Shown here: piece by piece, positions 25,661 to 39,139 of the stretch
How the letters are laid out: each line of letters begins with the position of its first letter
Numbering within the stretch: position 1 is the first letter of the stretch
DNA from: Chiloscyllium plagiosum
Taxonomy: Eukaryota
Assembly: GCF_004010195.1 (NCBI RefSeq)
Contig: NC_057718.1
Span: forward strand, 89,279,645-89,343,644
DNA length: 64,000 nt
Direction of reading: 5' to 3'
Notes under the pieces: model-generated
The model's input: only the letters and a program-made list of their open reading frames with translations
Databases searched by the model: none
Told to the model about the DNA's origin: nothing
Position numbers and translations under genes: made by a program

Positions 25661-25850
25661 CAGGTCAGGCAGCATCCAGGGAACAGGAGATTCGACGTTT
25701 CGGGCACAGGCCCTTCTTCAGGAATGACAAGAAGGGCCTGTGCCCGAAACGTCGAATCTCCTGTTCCCTGGATGCTGCCTGACCTGCTGTGCTGTTCCAG
25801 CAATAAAGTTTCAACTTTGATCTCCAGCATCTGCAGACCTCACTTTCTCC
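25661..25850. mobile_element. Young palindromic family-A element with perfect 58 bp inverted arms
   Basis: Arms 25661-25718 and 25729-25786; duplicated flank tacaca(g/c)actat. Confidence 0.85.
25690..25725 (-). ncRNA. Minimal type I hammerhead ribozyme motif, intact core
   Basis: AUUC-CUGAAGA-A-GGGC(CUGU)GCCC-GAAAC-GUC-GAAU: stem I AUUC/GAAU, 4-bp stem II, palindromic ACGU stem III. Confidence 0.7.
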
Positions 25851-27194
25851 TACACACACTATCCACAAGGTACAGATCAGGTCAGGAGGAGGGTACACAC
25901 ACTATCCACAAGGTACAGGTCAGGTCAGGAGAAGGGTACACGCACTATCCACAAGGTACAGGTCAGTAAGGTAGTAGAATTCTCTGTACTGCCTTAGATA
26001 AATGCAGCTCCAATAAAATCCAAGATACCCAATATCATGTGAAACTGAGCAATCCCTTTGATCAGCAGGCCATGCAACTACTGCAACATTCCCTCTCCTC
26101 CAATGCCAGTGTATAGTGGCTGCAGTGTGTAGCATCTGTATGATGTACGACAACAGCTCGGCAATGTTCTTCTGACCACAGCCTCCAAACCCATGACCTG
26201 CACTATCTAGCACAACAGGCAAGGAGATGCAAGAAGGACAGCATCTCTGCCAAGCCACTGTTTGGTTGCCTCAGGCATACATCACCATGTCTTTTAATGG
26301 TACCGGGAAAATCCCTGGGATATCTGTGCTGACAGCACCCAGGGATGAGCTTCAGCAGATTGACAGCAACGGTCCATGAAGGTGGCTCACTAACGTTAGG
26401 AGGCAATCCACATAAACGTGATGCACTGCTCCACCCCTTGGTTGTTTGAATAAGTGCACTCCTTAATATGGGTGTCACATTTATGGCTCTGCATTTTAAG
26501 AAGTTCAGATGATGTCTCTTCCAGCAGACATTGAGGACATTTTCGGAGTTGGTGGTGATATTCACTATCTGACGACGAACACAAGGAATTACAATTACAG
26601 CTCAATTTACAGGCAAGTTGCTGTGCTCCCTTTACAATTGGTTTAAATAAGTTGCAGAACCCAGCTGTTCTAAAGCTGGTGAGTTTCCAGGTGTTCGTTG
26701 AATAAGAAGAGTTTCATGAGAACAATATTTCTCTTCTAAATGCCTACCCTGAAGTGCTCAGTCAGATGGCAGACTCAAATCTCTAACCTGGGCTTGATCC
26801 CACAACGTTTCTGACTCAGAATTGAGCACGTTCCCACTGGATCGCAGCTGACAACCGGGAGCACCATCTGAACACATTCACCTTCCAGCTGGAGTGAAGT
26901 TGCTTTGACGATGACAGGGAGCGTAAGAAGATGCACAAACATGGTGAACGGGAACCATCCCAAAGCAGTCATCTTCCTGTCGGTATGCAAACTGAGCTTC
27001 ATTTTGGAATCCTCAAGCACTGATGTGGGCCATTTGGCCCATCATAGCTCTTCTGGTTCCTTGAACAAGATAGTTCGTCAGCCTGCACTTCCACATAATT
27101 CTCCAAATCTCTTCTGTTAAACTATACTTACAATTCCCTTTTGCAAACTTTTATTAAAATTTGTCAGGCTTTCTGGTGGTACATTCACAGAATA

Positions 27195-30100
27195 GAGACA
27201 TAAAGTCGTACAGTACAGAAACAGGCCCTACGGCCCAACTCATCAATGCTGACCTAAACTGAACTAGTATCATTTGCGTCTATTTGGACCTAAACCTTTC
27301 CTCTCCATGTACCTGTCCAAATATCTTTTAAATGTTGTCATTGTACCAGCCTCCACCACTTCCTCTGGCAGCTCATTCCATACACACACCATCGCCTGCA
27401 TGAAAAGGTTGCCCTCCGCTCTATTTTAAATCTTTCCCTCCTCACCATAACGCTATGCCCTCTAGTTTTGGAATACCCGACAGTGGGAAAAGACCTTGGA
27501 CATTCACCTTATCTATGCCCCTCATGATTTTATAAACCTTGATATGGTCATGTCCTCAGCCTCCCATGGTGCAGGGAAAAAGTCCCAGCCTCTTCGGCCT
27601 CTCCATAACTCAAACCTTCCAGTCTCAGTAACATCCTTATAAACCCTTTCCAGTTTAATTACATCCTTCCTATAGCAGAGCACCCAGAAGTATATGCAGT
27701 ACTCATGAATTGTACAGCAGTAACATGGCATCCTAACTCCTGGACTCAATGAAGGCATGCGTGCCAAATGCCTTCTTCACCACCCTGTCTACCTGTGACA
27801 CCACTTCTGATGAACTAAGGTCTCTCTGTTCAACAATACTCCCCAAGGCCCTACCATTAACTGTGTAAGTCCTGCCCTGGTTGTTCTTACCAAAATGCAT
27901 TAATCTAAATTAAACTCCATCTGGCATTTCTTGACCCACTGGCCGAGTTGATCAAGATCCTATTATACTCTGAAATAACCTTCACTGTCTGATAGTCCAG
28001 CGACAACGGTGCCATCCGCAGACCTGGCTTACCATGTCTCCTACATTTTCATCCAAACAGTTTATATAAATGACAAACAACATTGGACCCAGCACCAATC
28101 CTCGTGGGACAGCACTGGTTACAACCTGCACTCTGAACGACTATTCCATAGTCTCGCATGAACCTGTTAGCTTGGCCTTCTCGACAGTGGCCCTACGGAA
28201 AGTGGCTAGCTCGGGTGCAGTCCCTGGCCATGCACTCAGACCCTGTGCGGATCAGCTGGTGGGAGCATTCACAGGCAATCTTCACATCTCTGTCCTACCA
28301 TCTGAAGCCCCCCCCACCCCCGGCTTCAAGAAGACCACCATCATCCTATGCCAAAGTAAAAAGCATGCAGTGTGACTCATTGACTGCTGGCTCTGGCCTC
28401 CATGATTATGAAGTGCTTTGAGAGGTCAGTCATGGCTCACATCAACTCCAGCCTCCCGAATTGCTTTGATCCTTTGCAATTGGTCTACCAGCGCAACAGG
28501 TCCACAGCAGATGCCATCTCCCTGGCCCCACACTCATCCCTGGAACATCTGGATAACAAGGGTACCTAGATCAGGCTCCAACTTCTTGACTACAGGTCCA
28601 TCTTCAACTCTATACTTTCAAACAAACCCATCTCGAAACTCTGAGACCTAGGTCCCGGCTCCCTCCTCTGTAACTGGATCCTTGACTTCCTGACCCATAG
28701 ACTGCAATCAGTAAGAACATGCGACAACACCTCCTCCACCATAATCCTCAACACCAGCGTCCCACAAGGCTGTGTACTCAGCCCCCAATGTACGCCTTAT
28801 ACACTTGTGACTGTGTGGCCAAATTCTGCCCCAATTCCATTTACAAATTTGCTGATGACATCGCCATTGTAGTTACATTCTCAAATAACGACAAGGAAGA
28901 GTGCAGGAATGAGATTAAGTGCTTAGCGGCAGGGTGTAAAGACAACCATCTCTTCATCAACGTCAACAAAACAAAGGAGCTGGTCAAGGAAGTGGAGTGG
29001 AGGGAATGTCCCTGTCTGTATCAACGATGCTGAGGTGGAGATGGTGGAGAGCATCAAATCCCTGGGAGTGATGGTCACCAACAATCTGTCCTGGTCCATC
29101 CATGTTGATGCAATGGTCAAGAAAGCAGAACAATGGCTCTACTTCCGGAGGAGGCTAAGGAAATTTGGCATGGCCAATTTTTACAGGTGCACTATAGAAA
29201 GCATCCTATCTGGATGCATCACAGTTTGGTATGGCAACTGCACTTCCCAAGACCGCAAGAAACGACGGAGAGTCATGGACACAGCCCGGTCCACCACGTA
29301 AACCAGCCTCCCATCCACTGGCTCCATCTATACTTCCTGCTAGTTTGGGAAAGCAACCAACATAATCACAGACTCCCTCCCACCCAGGTTATACTGTCGT
29401 CCATCCTCTTCCGTTGGGCAGAAGATATAAACACTTGAATGCACATACAAATAGATTCAACACCAGCTTCTTCCCCGCTGTTGCCAGTCTTTTGAATGGA
29501 CCTCTCAAATGTTGGTTGTGATCTTTCTCTCTGCACCTTCTCTGTGGCTGTAACATTGCATTCTGCACTCTGTTCTGTTACCCTGATGCATATTGCATGT
29601 TACTATCTGCCTGTATAGCACACAAAAAACACTCTTCACTGTATCTCAGTACAAGTGACAACAGGAAATAAATCAACCAACCCTCTCCCACCACCCTCTG
29701 TCTCCTACTGTCAAGCCAACTTTGTACCCAGTTGGCTAGCTCTTCCTGGATCCCATGAGATCTAACTTTACTAACCAGTCTACCCTGCAGAACCCTGTCA
29801 AAGGCTTTGCTAAAGGCTTTGCCCATGCTGACAATGTCTACTGCTCTGCCTTCATTTATCTTCTTGGTCACCTCTTCCAATACACAAAGTCATGCTGACC
29901 ATCTCTAACCAGTTACTGCCTTTCCAAATGCATTGTAGATCCTCTCTCTCAGAATCCCCTCCAACAACTTACTCACCACTGACGTCTGTAGTTCTGTCTT
30001 TTCCTTCCAGCCTTTCTGAAACAATGGCACAACATTAGCCATGTTCCAGTCTTGCTGTACTTCACCTGTGGCTGTCGATGATGTAAATATCTCCACTAGG

Positions 30101-30255
30101 GACCCTGCAATTTCTCCCCTCGTTTTCCACAGCATCCTGGGATACATGTGATCTGGTCCCAGTGATTTACCAACTTTCATACGTTTAAAGACTTCTGTAA
30201 TCTGAACTCTTTTCCAAACAACACTATTTATTTCTCGGAGTTCCCTAGCTTCCAC
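27195..30255 (-). mobile_element. CR1-type LINE split by a Rex1/Babar insertion (pieces ~27195-28130 and ~29677-30255)
   Basis: RT peptides FSKAFDRV..GRLVSKV and DWNMANVVPLFQKG; the two pieces read as collinear. Confidence 0.85.
28135..29672 (+). mobile_element. Rex1/Babar-clade LINE, 5'-truncated and degraded
   Basis: [48 protein letters not shown], tail cttcactgtatctcagtacaagtgacaa. Confidence 0.85.
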
Positions 30256-30682
30256 ATCTCACATCATCACAATTCAACTGCAGCACAACAATGAAGGTTC
30301 ATTGCCCTTTTAATGTTTCTTTCCCAGTTATTATGAATCTGTACCCTGAGTCCTTACGCGGTCTCCTGCCATCTGCTTTATCAAAACTATTCAGCATTCT
30401 TAAAACCTCTACTCCACCTCCCCTTAATCTACTCTATTCCAGAGAAAAATTTCACTTCTTCAGTCCCTCGACAAAACTGCGGTACCATTCCTATAAGTCT
30501 CCTCCATACCTAGTATTGGCCACCTGCTTGAAGCTACAGAGGGTGATCATGAGACCTCCATCACTGAATTCCTCGTGATAGTGCAGCTTGGTGTCACTAA
30601 ACTTCCCAATACAGAAGTCTCAAAGTACACTTTAAAAAGGAACAGCATTATTTCATTGTAACAAATCACCTTTGTGACACAG

Positions 30683-30912
30683 AGTCATAGAGATGTACAG
30701 CATGGAAACAGACCCTTCAGTCCAACTCGTCTATGCCGACTAGATATCCTAACCTAATCTAGTGCCATTTTCCAGCATTTGGCCCCTATCCCTCTAAACC
30801 CTTCCTATTCATATACCCATCCAGATGCCTTTTAAATGCTGTAATTGTACCAGTCTCCACCACTTCCTCTGGCAACTCATTCCATATACGCACCACCCTC
30901 TGTGTGAAAAAG
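30683..30912 (-). mobile_element. CR1 3' end
   Basis: gagtcatagagatgtacagcatggaaacagaccctt tail. Confidence 0.85.
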
Positions 30913-33172
30913 TGTCAGGTCAACAGAACAGGGTGCAATCTCATTTCAAACTTGTAGTAAAAAGCCACATTCAACATTACTCCAGGGAAAACATAATCGA
31001 TGAATTTAATTGGAATTGTTTTGGTTCCAGGGGAGAACAATGGAACTGATCTCAAAGAAACTTCGGACAGCCATTCCCAACACAATCCAAAATGGGAATC
31101 ATTTTCAGCAAACTTTCATGGCTGCTAACAATCTCAGTGGAATGGCAGCTTACGTACGAGACAGAGCTAACTTTAATCAACTCGCCCATGCCTTGTTTAC
31201 AATGACAATTAAACTATCAAAAGGAAATCAGCCCGGGCTATTCAGTTCACATTATTCTCATTTAAAGTCAATTACATACTGATTGAAAACATCAAACTGA
31301 GACACTAAATCTCATCAGTCTAGATCTACATGGATTTCAAGCATTTGACAGGAAGTGTAGACATCTCTGCTTGTACTCAAACCGAAGCCGAAAGGAAGTG
31401 CTACACCTCTCGAGCACACCCGCAACTGACATCTGCATCACCCATCGGTCTGAAAGCCTCCTGACTGAAAGCCCATCCCATCACTGAAGCTTCAGCATTC
31501 AGAAGGTGGGCAAGGCACCTGCTCTAATTGCGCAGCTTAAAATCTTTTAAAGAACGGGATCTACATTGTAAAAGCTGAACTGAGCAGCAAAAGCATTCCA
31601 GACTAACCTGCCCGCATTGCTTTCTATCGTCTGCTGTCAGGTGACCTTCCCCAGGTTCCGAGATTAACAGACTTCCTGTTGCGGTATCGTTAGATGCAAA
31701 TAGTGCACCAGAATGCAACTGAGGCAGCAGAATCCTCCACTGGCAACCTTCACACTGGCATGAGGAGATGGCATGGCAAATTAGGGCCATGCAAAACCTC
31801 GTAAAGATTAAATCATCCAATCAGGTTACTCACCATTAAAATACTGAGCTGGGACTGGAAAATGGGGGGATTTCTGCCTCTTCAGTGATACTGTTGATCT
31901 TTAAAAGAAATACTTTAAGTGTGCAATATAGCACTTACTTGACAGAACATCACGTGATGAGAGATTTAATCAAGTTTCATTCTACAGTCCTCCAAGAGTT
32001 CAATTCTGTTTCAAGCTAAGTTCTTGAAGTGTAGCATGTCTGCCTCTCAGACAGAAGGTTATGGTTTCAAGCTCAGCTCTAAACATACAACCACCATCAC
32101 TAAGAATAGATGATCTGATTTCTTACTACATTGCTGTCTACGGCAACTGACTACACTCCAAAAGTACTCAGTTGGCCGGAAATCATCAAAGGACATCCTG
32201 TGGTTAGAAAAGGCGCTATATAATTGCACCTCTCTTTTCCTCTGTCTTACTGCAAACTGTCAATAATCAGGAGGCAAGTGAATTAAAGAACACTCACTAA
32301 CATCAAGCCTTCCTCTGCCCCAGGAGTGTACTCTGGTCTCATTTCAATTTAGCCTTTCATTTGCAAAGTCTCTCTTGTACCTTTCCAATGCAGGTTCCAT
32401 CTTAACACACTTTCATAAATTTAATTCTGAAAATCATTTTTATGGGCTGGAAACTGCTTTGAAACAGTCTCAGGCCCGGGAAAACACGCATGTTCCTGTT
32501 TCCTTATAACCTTTTGATGCTGAAAGGCTTCCTATTAAAGGTGAAAATTACAATTTAAAAAAAAAAGTCCTGGCAAAACTGGAACATCTCAAAGCTAAAA
32601 TATGTTAAATCCTCAACATGTGTTTTGGTATCTTGCTTTAAAACTCACAGCATTTTCCAACAGACTTTAACTTTTATTCATTCCTACCACTAAGCGTGAA
32701 CAAAGAGTTACTTGAAGCCCTTATTTAATAGTGTTTCTGAATGATGGGCCAGTCAGCAGTGCACCACTCCCTCAAAACTGCACTTGGACCTCAGCTTAGG
32801 TCATATTCAAATTCCTGGAGTAACCTGAACCTACAACTTGTTAGTCACAGATTAAGCTGTTCCGACTAAACCAAGTTACATTCGTCTGCATCCAATGAAG
32901 AAAATTAAAGATTCCTGATGAACTACTGTGACTTGTCCCCATAATCCTCGAATCCCATGTCAATCAAAAAGTAGTCAAATTCAGCCTTGAATATACTGTT
33001 TGAGCCGGCCTCCCCTGCCCTCGGAAGAAAAGAATTCCAAAGACAATTGACCCTCCGACAGAAGAAATTCCATTGCATTTCAGATCTAAATGGGGACTTC
33101 CTCCTTTCAAGCTCTGCTGCTAGTGTTAGATTCCACTACAACAGTATCGACCTTGGCAGTGCTTGACAAAGG

Positions 33173-33443
33173 TGGAGTGACACAGTGGCTCAGTGGTTAG
33201 CATTGCTGCCTCACTGCACCAGGATCCCAGGTTCGATTCCACCTTTGGGTAACTGTCTGTGTGGAGTTTGCACATTCTCCCTGTATCTATGTGGGTTTGC
33301 TCCAGTTTCCTCCCACAGTCCAAAGATGTGCTGGCCAGGCTAAATTGCCCATAGTGTTAGGTGCATTAGCCCAGAGGGAAATGGGCCAGTGTGGACTGGT
33401 TGGGCTGAAGAGTCTGTTTCCACACTGTAGGGAATCTAATCTA
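33173..33443 (+). mobile_element. HE1-type SINE
   Basis: A/B boxes and atctaatct tail. Confidence 0.88.
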
Positions 33444-33617
33444 AAAAGAATTTTACGTTTAAATAAGATCATCTTCCATTCTTATAAACTCCAATGAGTT
33501 TAGGTCACTGATGAGATGGCCAAAGCCATAAGGGTTTCTCTGACAAATGAATCCTAAACCAGTTGACACTGTGAGAGTCTGGTGCCAAAGCTGTCAGATC
33601 ATCATTGTCCATAAAGA

Positions 33618-34115
33618 CAAATTTTACAGATGCATCATAGAAAGCATTCTATCTGGATTCAACATAGCTTGGTTTGGCAATTGCTCTGCCCAGGACCATA
33701 ACAAACTACAGAGAGTTGTGAACACAGCCCAGTCCATCCCGCAACCCAACCTTCCATCCACTGACTCCATCTACATCTCTCGTTACCTCGGGAAAGTAAC
33801 CAACATCATCAAAGACCCCTCCCACCCCAGTCATCATCTCTCCCAACCTCTTCCATCGGGCGGAAGATACAAAAGCTTAAATACACGTACCAACAGGTTC
33901 AAGAACAGCTTCTTCCCCACTGTTATTAGATCTCTGAATGGAGCCCTCCAACTTTAAATTTAATGTTGACCTCAGTCTTTGAGCACTTTCTTTGCTGCCG
34001 TTATGTTGTAATCCTTGCTCTGCTCTCGCACCCCCTAATGCACTGTGTATGGCATGTAAAACCTTTCACTGTGCCTGAGTACACGTGACAATAATAAATT
34101 GAATCAAATCAAATT
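33618..34115 (+). mobile_element. Rex1/Babar LINE 3' fragment
   Basis: FYRCIIESILSG...LPSGGRYKSLNTRTNRFKNSFFP and tail. Confidence 0.85.
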
Positions 34116-35679
34116 CAATCCAGTGCAAAGCCAGCTGCTCCCCTCCAGCTAAACCTTCCAGGGCTCTCTAACACAGAGTCCAGGGAGACAAAACTCACTT
34201 TTCCACAGTGATGGGCCTTGGGAATCCCTAAATATTTTCGCAGAGGAGAGCTCTGTACTGAGAGGCAGTCACCAGGAGGCAGCGCTGTTAACACGACTGC
34301 ATTAACTCAGCTGAAAACCAAACGGCTTTAATGAGAATGGCCACACAGTCTTGCATTTACATAATGGCTCTTACAACGTTAGCAGGCATTTCGTATCTAG
34401 CCGAGTTCTTCCAATTCTGGATGCTTCCTATCTTCCCCACCCCGTTCCCCAGTTTTTTTAAAGCTGTTGTATTATTCTCCACCGCTGATGAAGGGTCCCT
34501 CACCAGAAATACCAAATGACATGTTTATTCTCATGAGAGATGCTACTGAACATCTACTTGTTGACCAAAACGCTACCCTGCAAGGTGATCTGAAAGCAGG
34601 TGATCTGAATGCTTGCAACAGCTAATGTGCAAAGGGCTCTCGAGCAACAAAATGATTGTTTGAACTTTTTTTTTGGTGTTGCTCACATAGAACTCCTTGT
34701 TCTCTCTTAAATAACCAACCAAAAGCTTCCTGCAAGTTGCAAGTAAATGCGAGCTGTGTGAGAGAAGCTCTTGGGCCAGAACCATCTAGAACGAGTTTCT
34801 AAACATGGACCCTGTATGATCTCTCTGCAGCAAACTCCCTCTGCTGGTACTTGTGTGTATAGAGGCCTCAAGAGGACAAAATGCACCATGTAATTTTGAC
34901 TACATTACAGAGTTCAAAATGACATTCTATTTTGAATAGAAAATTAATAACTCAGCATATTATTGAGGAGTGTTCGCTAAGCACTAGATTTGAGCTTTGG
35001 CAGAGACAGCTATTTAAATTCCGTTTGCCACAGCGTACCTTAGAAGTTATTCCTAAAGCTGCCTGGTTAGGATCAGGTGATCTGTATGAAGCCACAGTTA
35101 CCCCAGTGGTCAGAGAGTAACTCAGCAGATGGCCTTCCTATGGTAAGCCAAGGACACATTATAACATAAAGCCAATATACCATTACAGAAGTGATCTGTT
35201 GGATACTACTTCCTGTTATAGATGAAGTAAGGACTTGCATTTATATAGAGCCTTTCATGACTTCAAAGCACCTAAACTGCATGACAGTCAAGCAAGCATT
35301 TTGGAAGTGTAATGCAGGAAATATGAATGCCGATTTGCACACAGCAAGATCCCATAGACAGTACAAGATAAATGGCCAGCTGTTCTGATTGATTGAGGGA
35401 TAATATTGGTCAGGACAGCAGTTCGGGCTCTCCCAGTTCTTCCAGGCTGGATATTCTCCATCTAAAGAGGAAGACTTGTTTAAAGCCTCATCCAAAAGGC
35501 TTTGCCTCCAATATTGCTGCAGTCTCTGTGTACAATACTGCAACGTCAGAGTTATACATGTGCCCAAACCTATGGAGTAAACCAACTTTCAGAGTTAGAG
35601 AGGGGCACAGAACCAACGTTGTCACAGCCACTGCATCTAAAGTGGACAGCGAAAGGGACGTGGTGAAAGATCCTGAACT

Positions 35680-37410
35680 ATCAACATACATCTGATTTAG
35701 ATGGGCAAGTAGAAGGTGTGGTTAGTAGGTTTGTGGATGACACCAACATCGGTGGCATAGTGGACAGTGAAGAAGGTTACCTGAGATTTTTACAAAAAGA
35801 TCTTGATCAATTGGGTCAACGGGCTGAAGAGTGGCAGATGGAGTTTAATTCGGATAAATATGATTGCGTTTTGGTAAAGTGATCAAGGGCAGGACTTCTA
35901 CAACTAAAAATAGGGCCTTGGATAGTATGGGGGAACAGAGAGACCCAGGAGTTTAGGTACATAATTCTTTGAAGTTTGTATCACATAATGATAGGATGGT
36001 TAAAAGGACATTCAACATGCTTGCCTTCATTGCTCAGATCTTTGAGAGCAGGAGTTGGAATGTGATGCTGAGGTTGTACAGGACGTTGGTGAGGCCTCTT
36101 CTGGAATACTGTGTGCAGTTCTGGTCGCCCGGTTATAGGAAGGATATTACTAAGCTAGAGAGGGTTCAGAAGAAACTTAACAGGATGTTGCTGGGAATAG
36201 AGGGTTTGAGTTATAAGGAGAGACTGGGACTTCTTTCACTGGAGCGTGGGAGGTTGAGGGGTGACCTTCTAGAGGTTTATAAAATCATGAGGGGCATGGA
36301 TGAGGTGATTGACAGGTGCCATTTCCCTGGGGTGGGGAATTTCAAAACCAGGCAGCATATTTTTTTAAGGCGAGAGGAGAAAGATTTAAAAAAGACATGA
36401 GGTGCAGATCTTTTATAAAAAAATCACACTGAGTGTGGTTTGTGTGTGGAATGAATTTACAGAGGACGTGGTGGATGCAGGTACACTTACAATATTTAAA
36501 AGACATTTGAATAAGCACATGAATAAGGAATGTTTGGAGGGATATGGGCCAAGTGCAGGCAGGTGGGATTAGTTCAGCTTGGGATCAAGGTCAGCATAGA
36601 CTGCTTGGACAAAGGGTCTGCTTCGGTGCACTATGATTCGATCCAAGATCACAATTTCTAAATAGTAAGCTCTCAGAGATGACTTTGGTTAGTATTTGCT
36701 TAGTTGTGAGGTTCCACTCTGTACACCAATGGATCAAAATTTCACCAGATTTAAACAAAAGAGGAAGTGACGCAGAGGTACTGTACAAAAGCCAGTCATT
36801 ACCAACACTCACAGAATAACTTCCACAGTGAGCTGAGCAATTTCTAGTTATTGAGGGAGTGCAACAAAGGTTTACCAGACTGATTCCTGGGAATGGCAGG
36901 ACTGACACATGAGGGGAGACTGGAGGGAGAGTTAGCATTGTATTCAATGGACGTTAGAAGAACAAATGGGAGATCTCTTAGAAACTGATATAATTCTAAC
37001 AGGACTAGACAGTGTAAACGCAGGAAGGATGCTCCTGATAACCAGGGAGTACAGAACCAGGGGTACGGTTTCAGGACACAGGGCAGGCCATTTAGGATTA
37101 CCGGACCGGACGTCGTTGCCACAATCAGATTGCCGTGTGCAAAACACCGGAGCAGCAGCGCAGCTGAGATGGAATGGACCGAACTAAGGAGATGCGTCTT
37201 CACCCAGACACCAGTGAGCCTGTGGAATCCTCGGTCACAGAAAGCTGTTGAGGCCAAAACACTGAATGTTTTTTTTTAAGAACGAGTTGGATATAGTTCT
37301 TAGGGCTCAAGGGAACAACGGGTACGTCTAGAGGGCAGCAACAGGGGACTGAGTTGGACGATCAGCCATGATCGGACTGAATAGTGGAGCAGGCTTGAAG
37401 GGCTGAATGG
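35680..37410 (+). mobile_element. Two CR1-type LINE 3' fragments (~35680-36640, ~36850-37410)
   Basis: [27 protein letters not shown]1 tails. Confidence 0.88.
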
Positions 37411-37702
37411 TCTTAGAAATTGAATCCCTACAGTGTGGAAACAGGTCCTTTGGCCCACCAAGTCCACACCAACCCTTAGAAGAGCACCCCATCCAACCAA
37501 TTCCCCATTACACTCCATTTACCCCGACTAATGCTCTTAACTTACTGGACACTATGGGCAAGTTAAAAAGGAAACAAAGTGCGAACACCTAAAGTAGATC
37601 ATTTGATTCCTACAGACTCCCTGACACTGCTGACTGGAGATGCTGTTGAGCACACACACACACACATACAGCCCACACACACACACGCAGGACTGGCCTT
37701 AC

Positions 37703-37858
37703 CTGATGGCACAGCTCATCCCACTGCCTGTGCAGCAGCTCGATCCGCTCCTGGAGCAGTGAGATATCATCGGCGCGAATGTAGCTGGATAAGGTCTCTT
37801 TCAGAAAGGAGAGGTGGGCCAGGTCATCAGTCCACCCTCCAAAAGAGCTTTCCAGTTC
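37703..37858 (-). CDS. SYNE1: Nesprin-1 coding exon ELESSFGGWTDDL...QWDELCHQ
   Basis: cctgcAG acceptor, CAG|GTAAGG donor, 156 bp, phase 0/0. Confidence 0.95.
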
Positions 37859-37944
37859 CTGCAGGGAGACAGTGAAGCCATTACTGGTGAGATCGACTGG
37901 ATTCACAAAGCACACAGTCACTGGGCCCTTTCGCGTGGAGCTTC

Positions 37945-38478
37945 AGGGGAGGTGACGGCCTCCTGGCTTTATCACTAGGCTATTAGTCCCGAGACAGAAA
38001 GCGTGGTGCTGGAAAAGTGCAGCAGGTCAGGTAGCATCCAAGGAGCAGGAGAGCCCTTACGAAGGCCTTATACCTGAAACCTCGACTCTCCTGCTCCTCG
38101 GATGCTGCCTGACCTGCTGTGCTTTTCCAGCAACATACATTTCGACTCTGATTCTCCGGCATCTGCAGCCCTCACTTCCTCCAACTAATCCAGAGACCCT
38201 GGCACCATTCTGGGGACCCGGGTTCAATCCTGCCACAGAAGGTGGTGGAATTTAAATTCAGTGAAACAAAACAAGTTCGGAATCACAAGTCCAACGATAA
38301 CCATTGTCAGGAAAAACGGATCTGACTCACTAATATCCTTTAGGATCTGGCCTCATCTGGTCTGGCCTTCATGTGAATCCAGACCCACAGCAACATGGTT
38401 GACTCTTAATTACCCTCTGGGCATTTAGGGATGGGCCATAAATGCTACCTAGCCAACGACGCCCACATCCCATGAATT
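37945..38478 (+). mobile_element. Deu-domain (SacSINE1-like) tRNA SINE containing a palindromic family-A element (~37997-38182)
   Basis: B box gggttcaatcc, body ccagacccacagcaacatggttgactcttaa, tail gcccacatcccatgaat. Similar copies at ~46450-46560, ~47400-48060 and ~60215-60520. Confidence 0.7.
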
Positions 38479-38730
38479 GACAGAATAAACGGGAGGAAAC
38501 AGGAACAGAAAGCAGCCCATTCGAACCCTCGAACCTGCTCTATCCATTCCACTAGGTTATGGTGACTCAACACTATTTTCCAGCACTTGTTGCCATCTCC
38601 TGATCTTTAATAGCCAGCTTCTCAGAGTTGGCTTTCATCGGGCTGAACAAGGACTGCAGAGAATTCCCCTTTTATACGACGGTGATGAGGAAACATTAGA
38701 ACTGGAACGAAGCAGAAAGTAAGATCTTAC

Positions 38731-38856
38731 CATGCAACGGATCTGCTCCGTGTGTAGCTCATCGTGATGATCAGGGAGGGGTTGCGATAGCTTTCTCTTG
38801 AAAGACCTCAGCTTGGCCAGAGAATCCGCGATTCCTTTCTCACACCGCTCCCAGTC
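38731..38856 (-). CDS. SYNE1: Nesprin-1 coding exon DWERCEKGIADSL...EQIRCM
   Basis: ccacAG acceptor, ATG|GTAAGA donor, 126 bp, phase 0/0. Confidence 0.95.
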
Positions 38857-39139
38857 CTGTGGAAGGTGATCGATGATATTGATTAGAAACTTGGAGAAAA
38901 GATTGATTCGGTGAGCACAACAGAACATTTCATTTCAGCTCAACCACACTCTTGCTCGATAGGATTGCAGGGGTAGAGCTGGATTGATAAGTTGTGGAGC
39001 TGAGCTAGCCAAATATAACACAGTATATGAGTAAGAGAAGTCACTACCTGCACTTGGTAGCTCAAATCCAAGGTGGTTCAATGCTGCCGTGTCAACCCCT
39101 TTTAAACAGAAAGCGGTTTTTGTTCAAACTCTTAACCAG

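Larger units (their letters stand above)
25504..25966. repeat. 43-bp minisatellite (acaggtcaggtcaggaggagggtacacacactatccacaaggt), ~7 units, split by an insertion
   Basis: Unit starts at 25542, 25584, 25627, 25872, 25915, 25958. Confidence 0.92.

Noticed and set aside
32911..32922. Isolated attcctgatgaa hammerhead-like start
   Set aside because: No stem II or GAAA follows.
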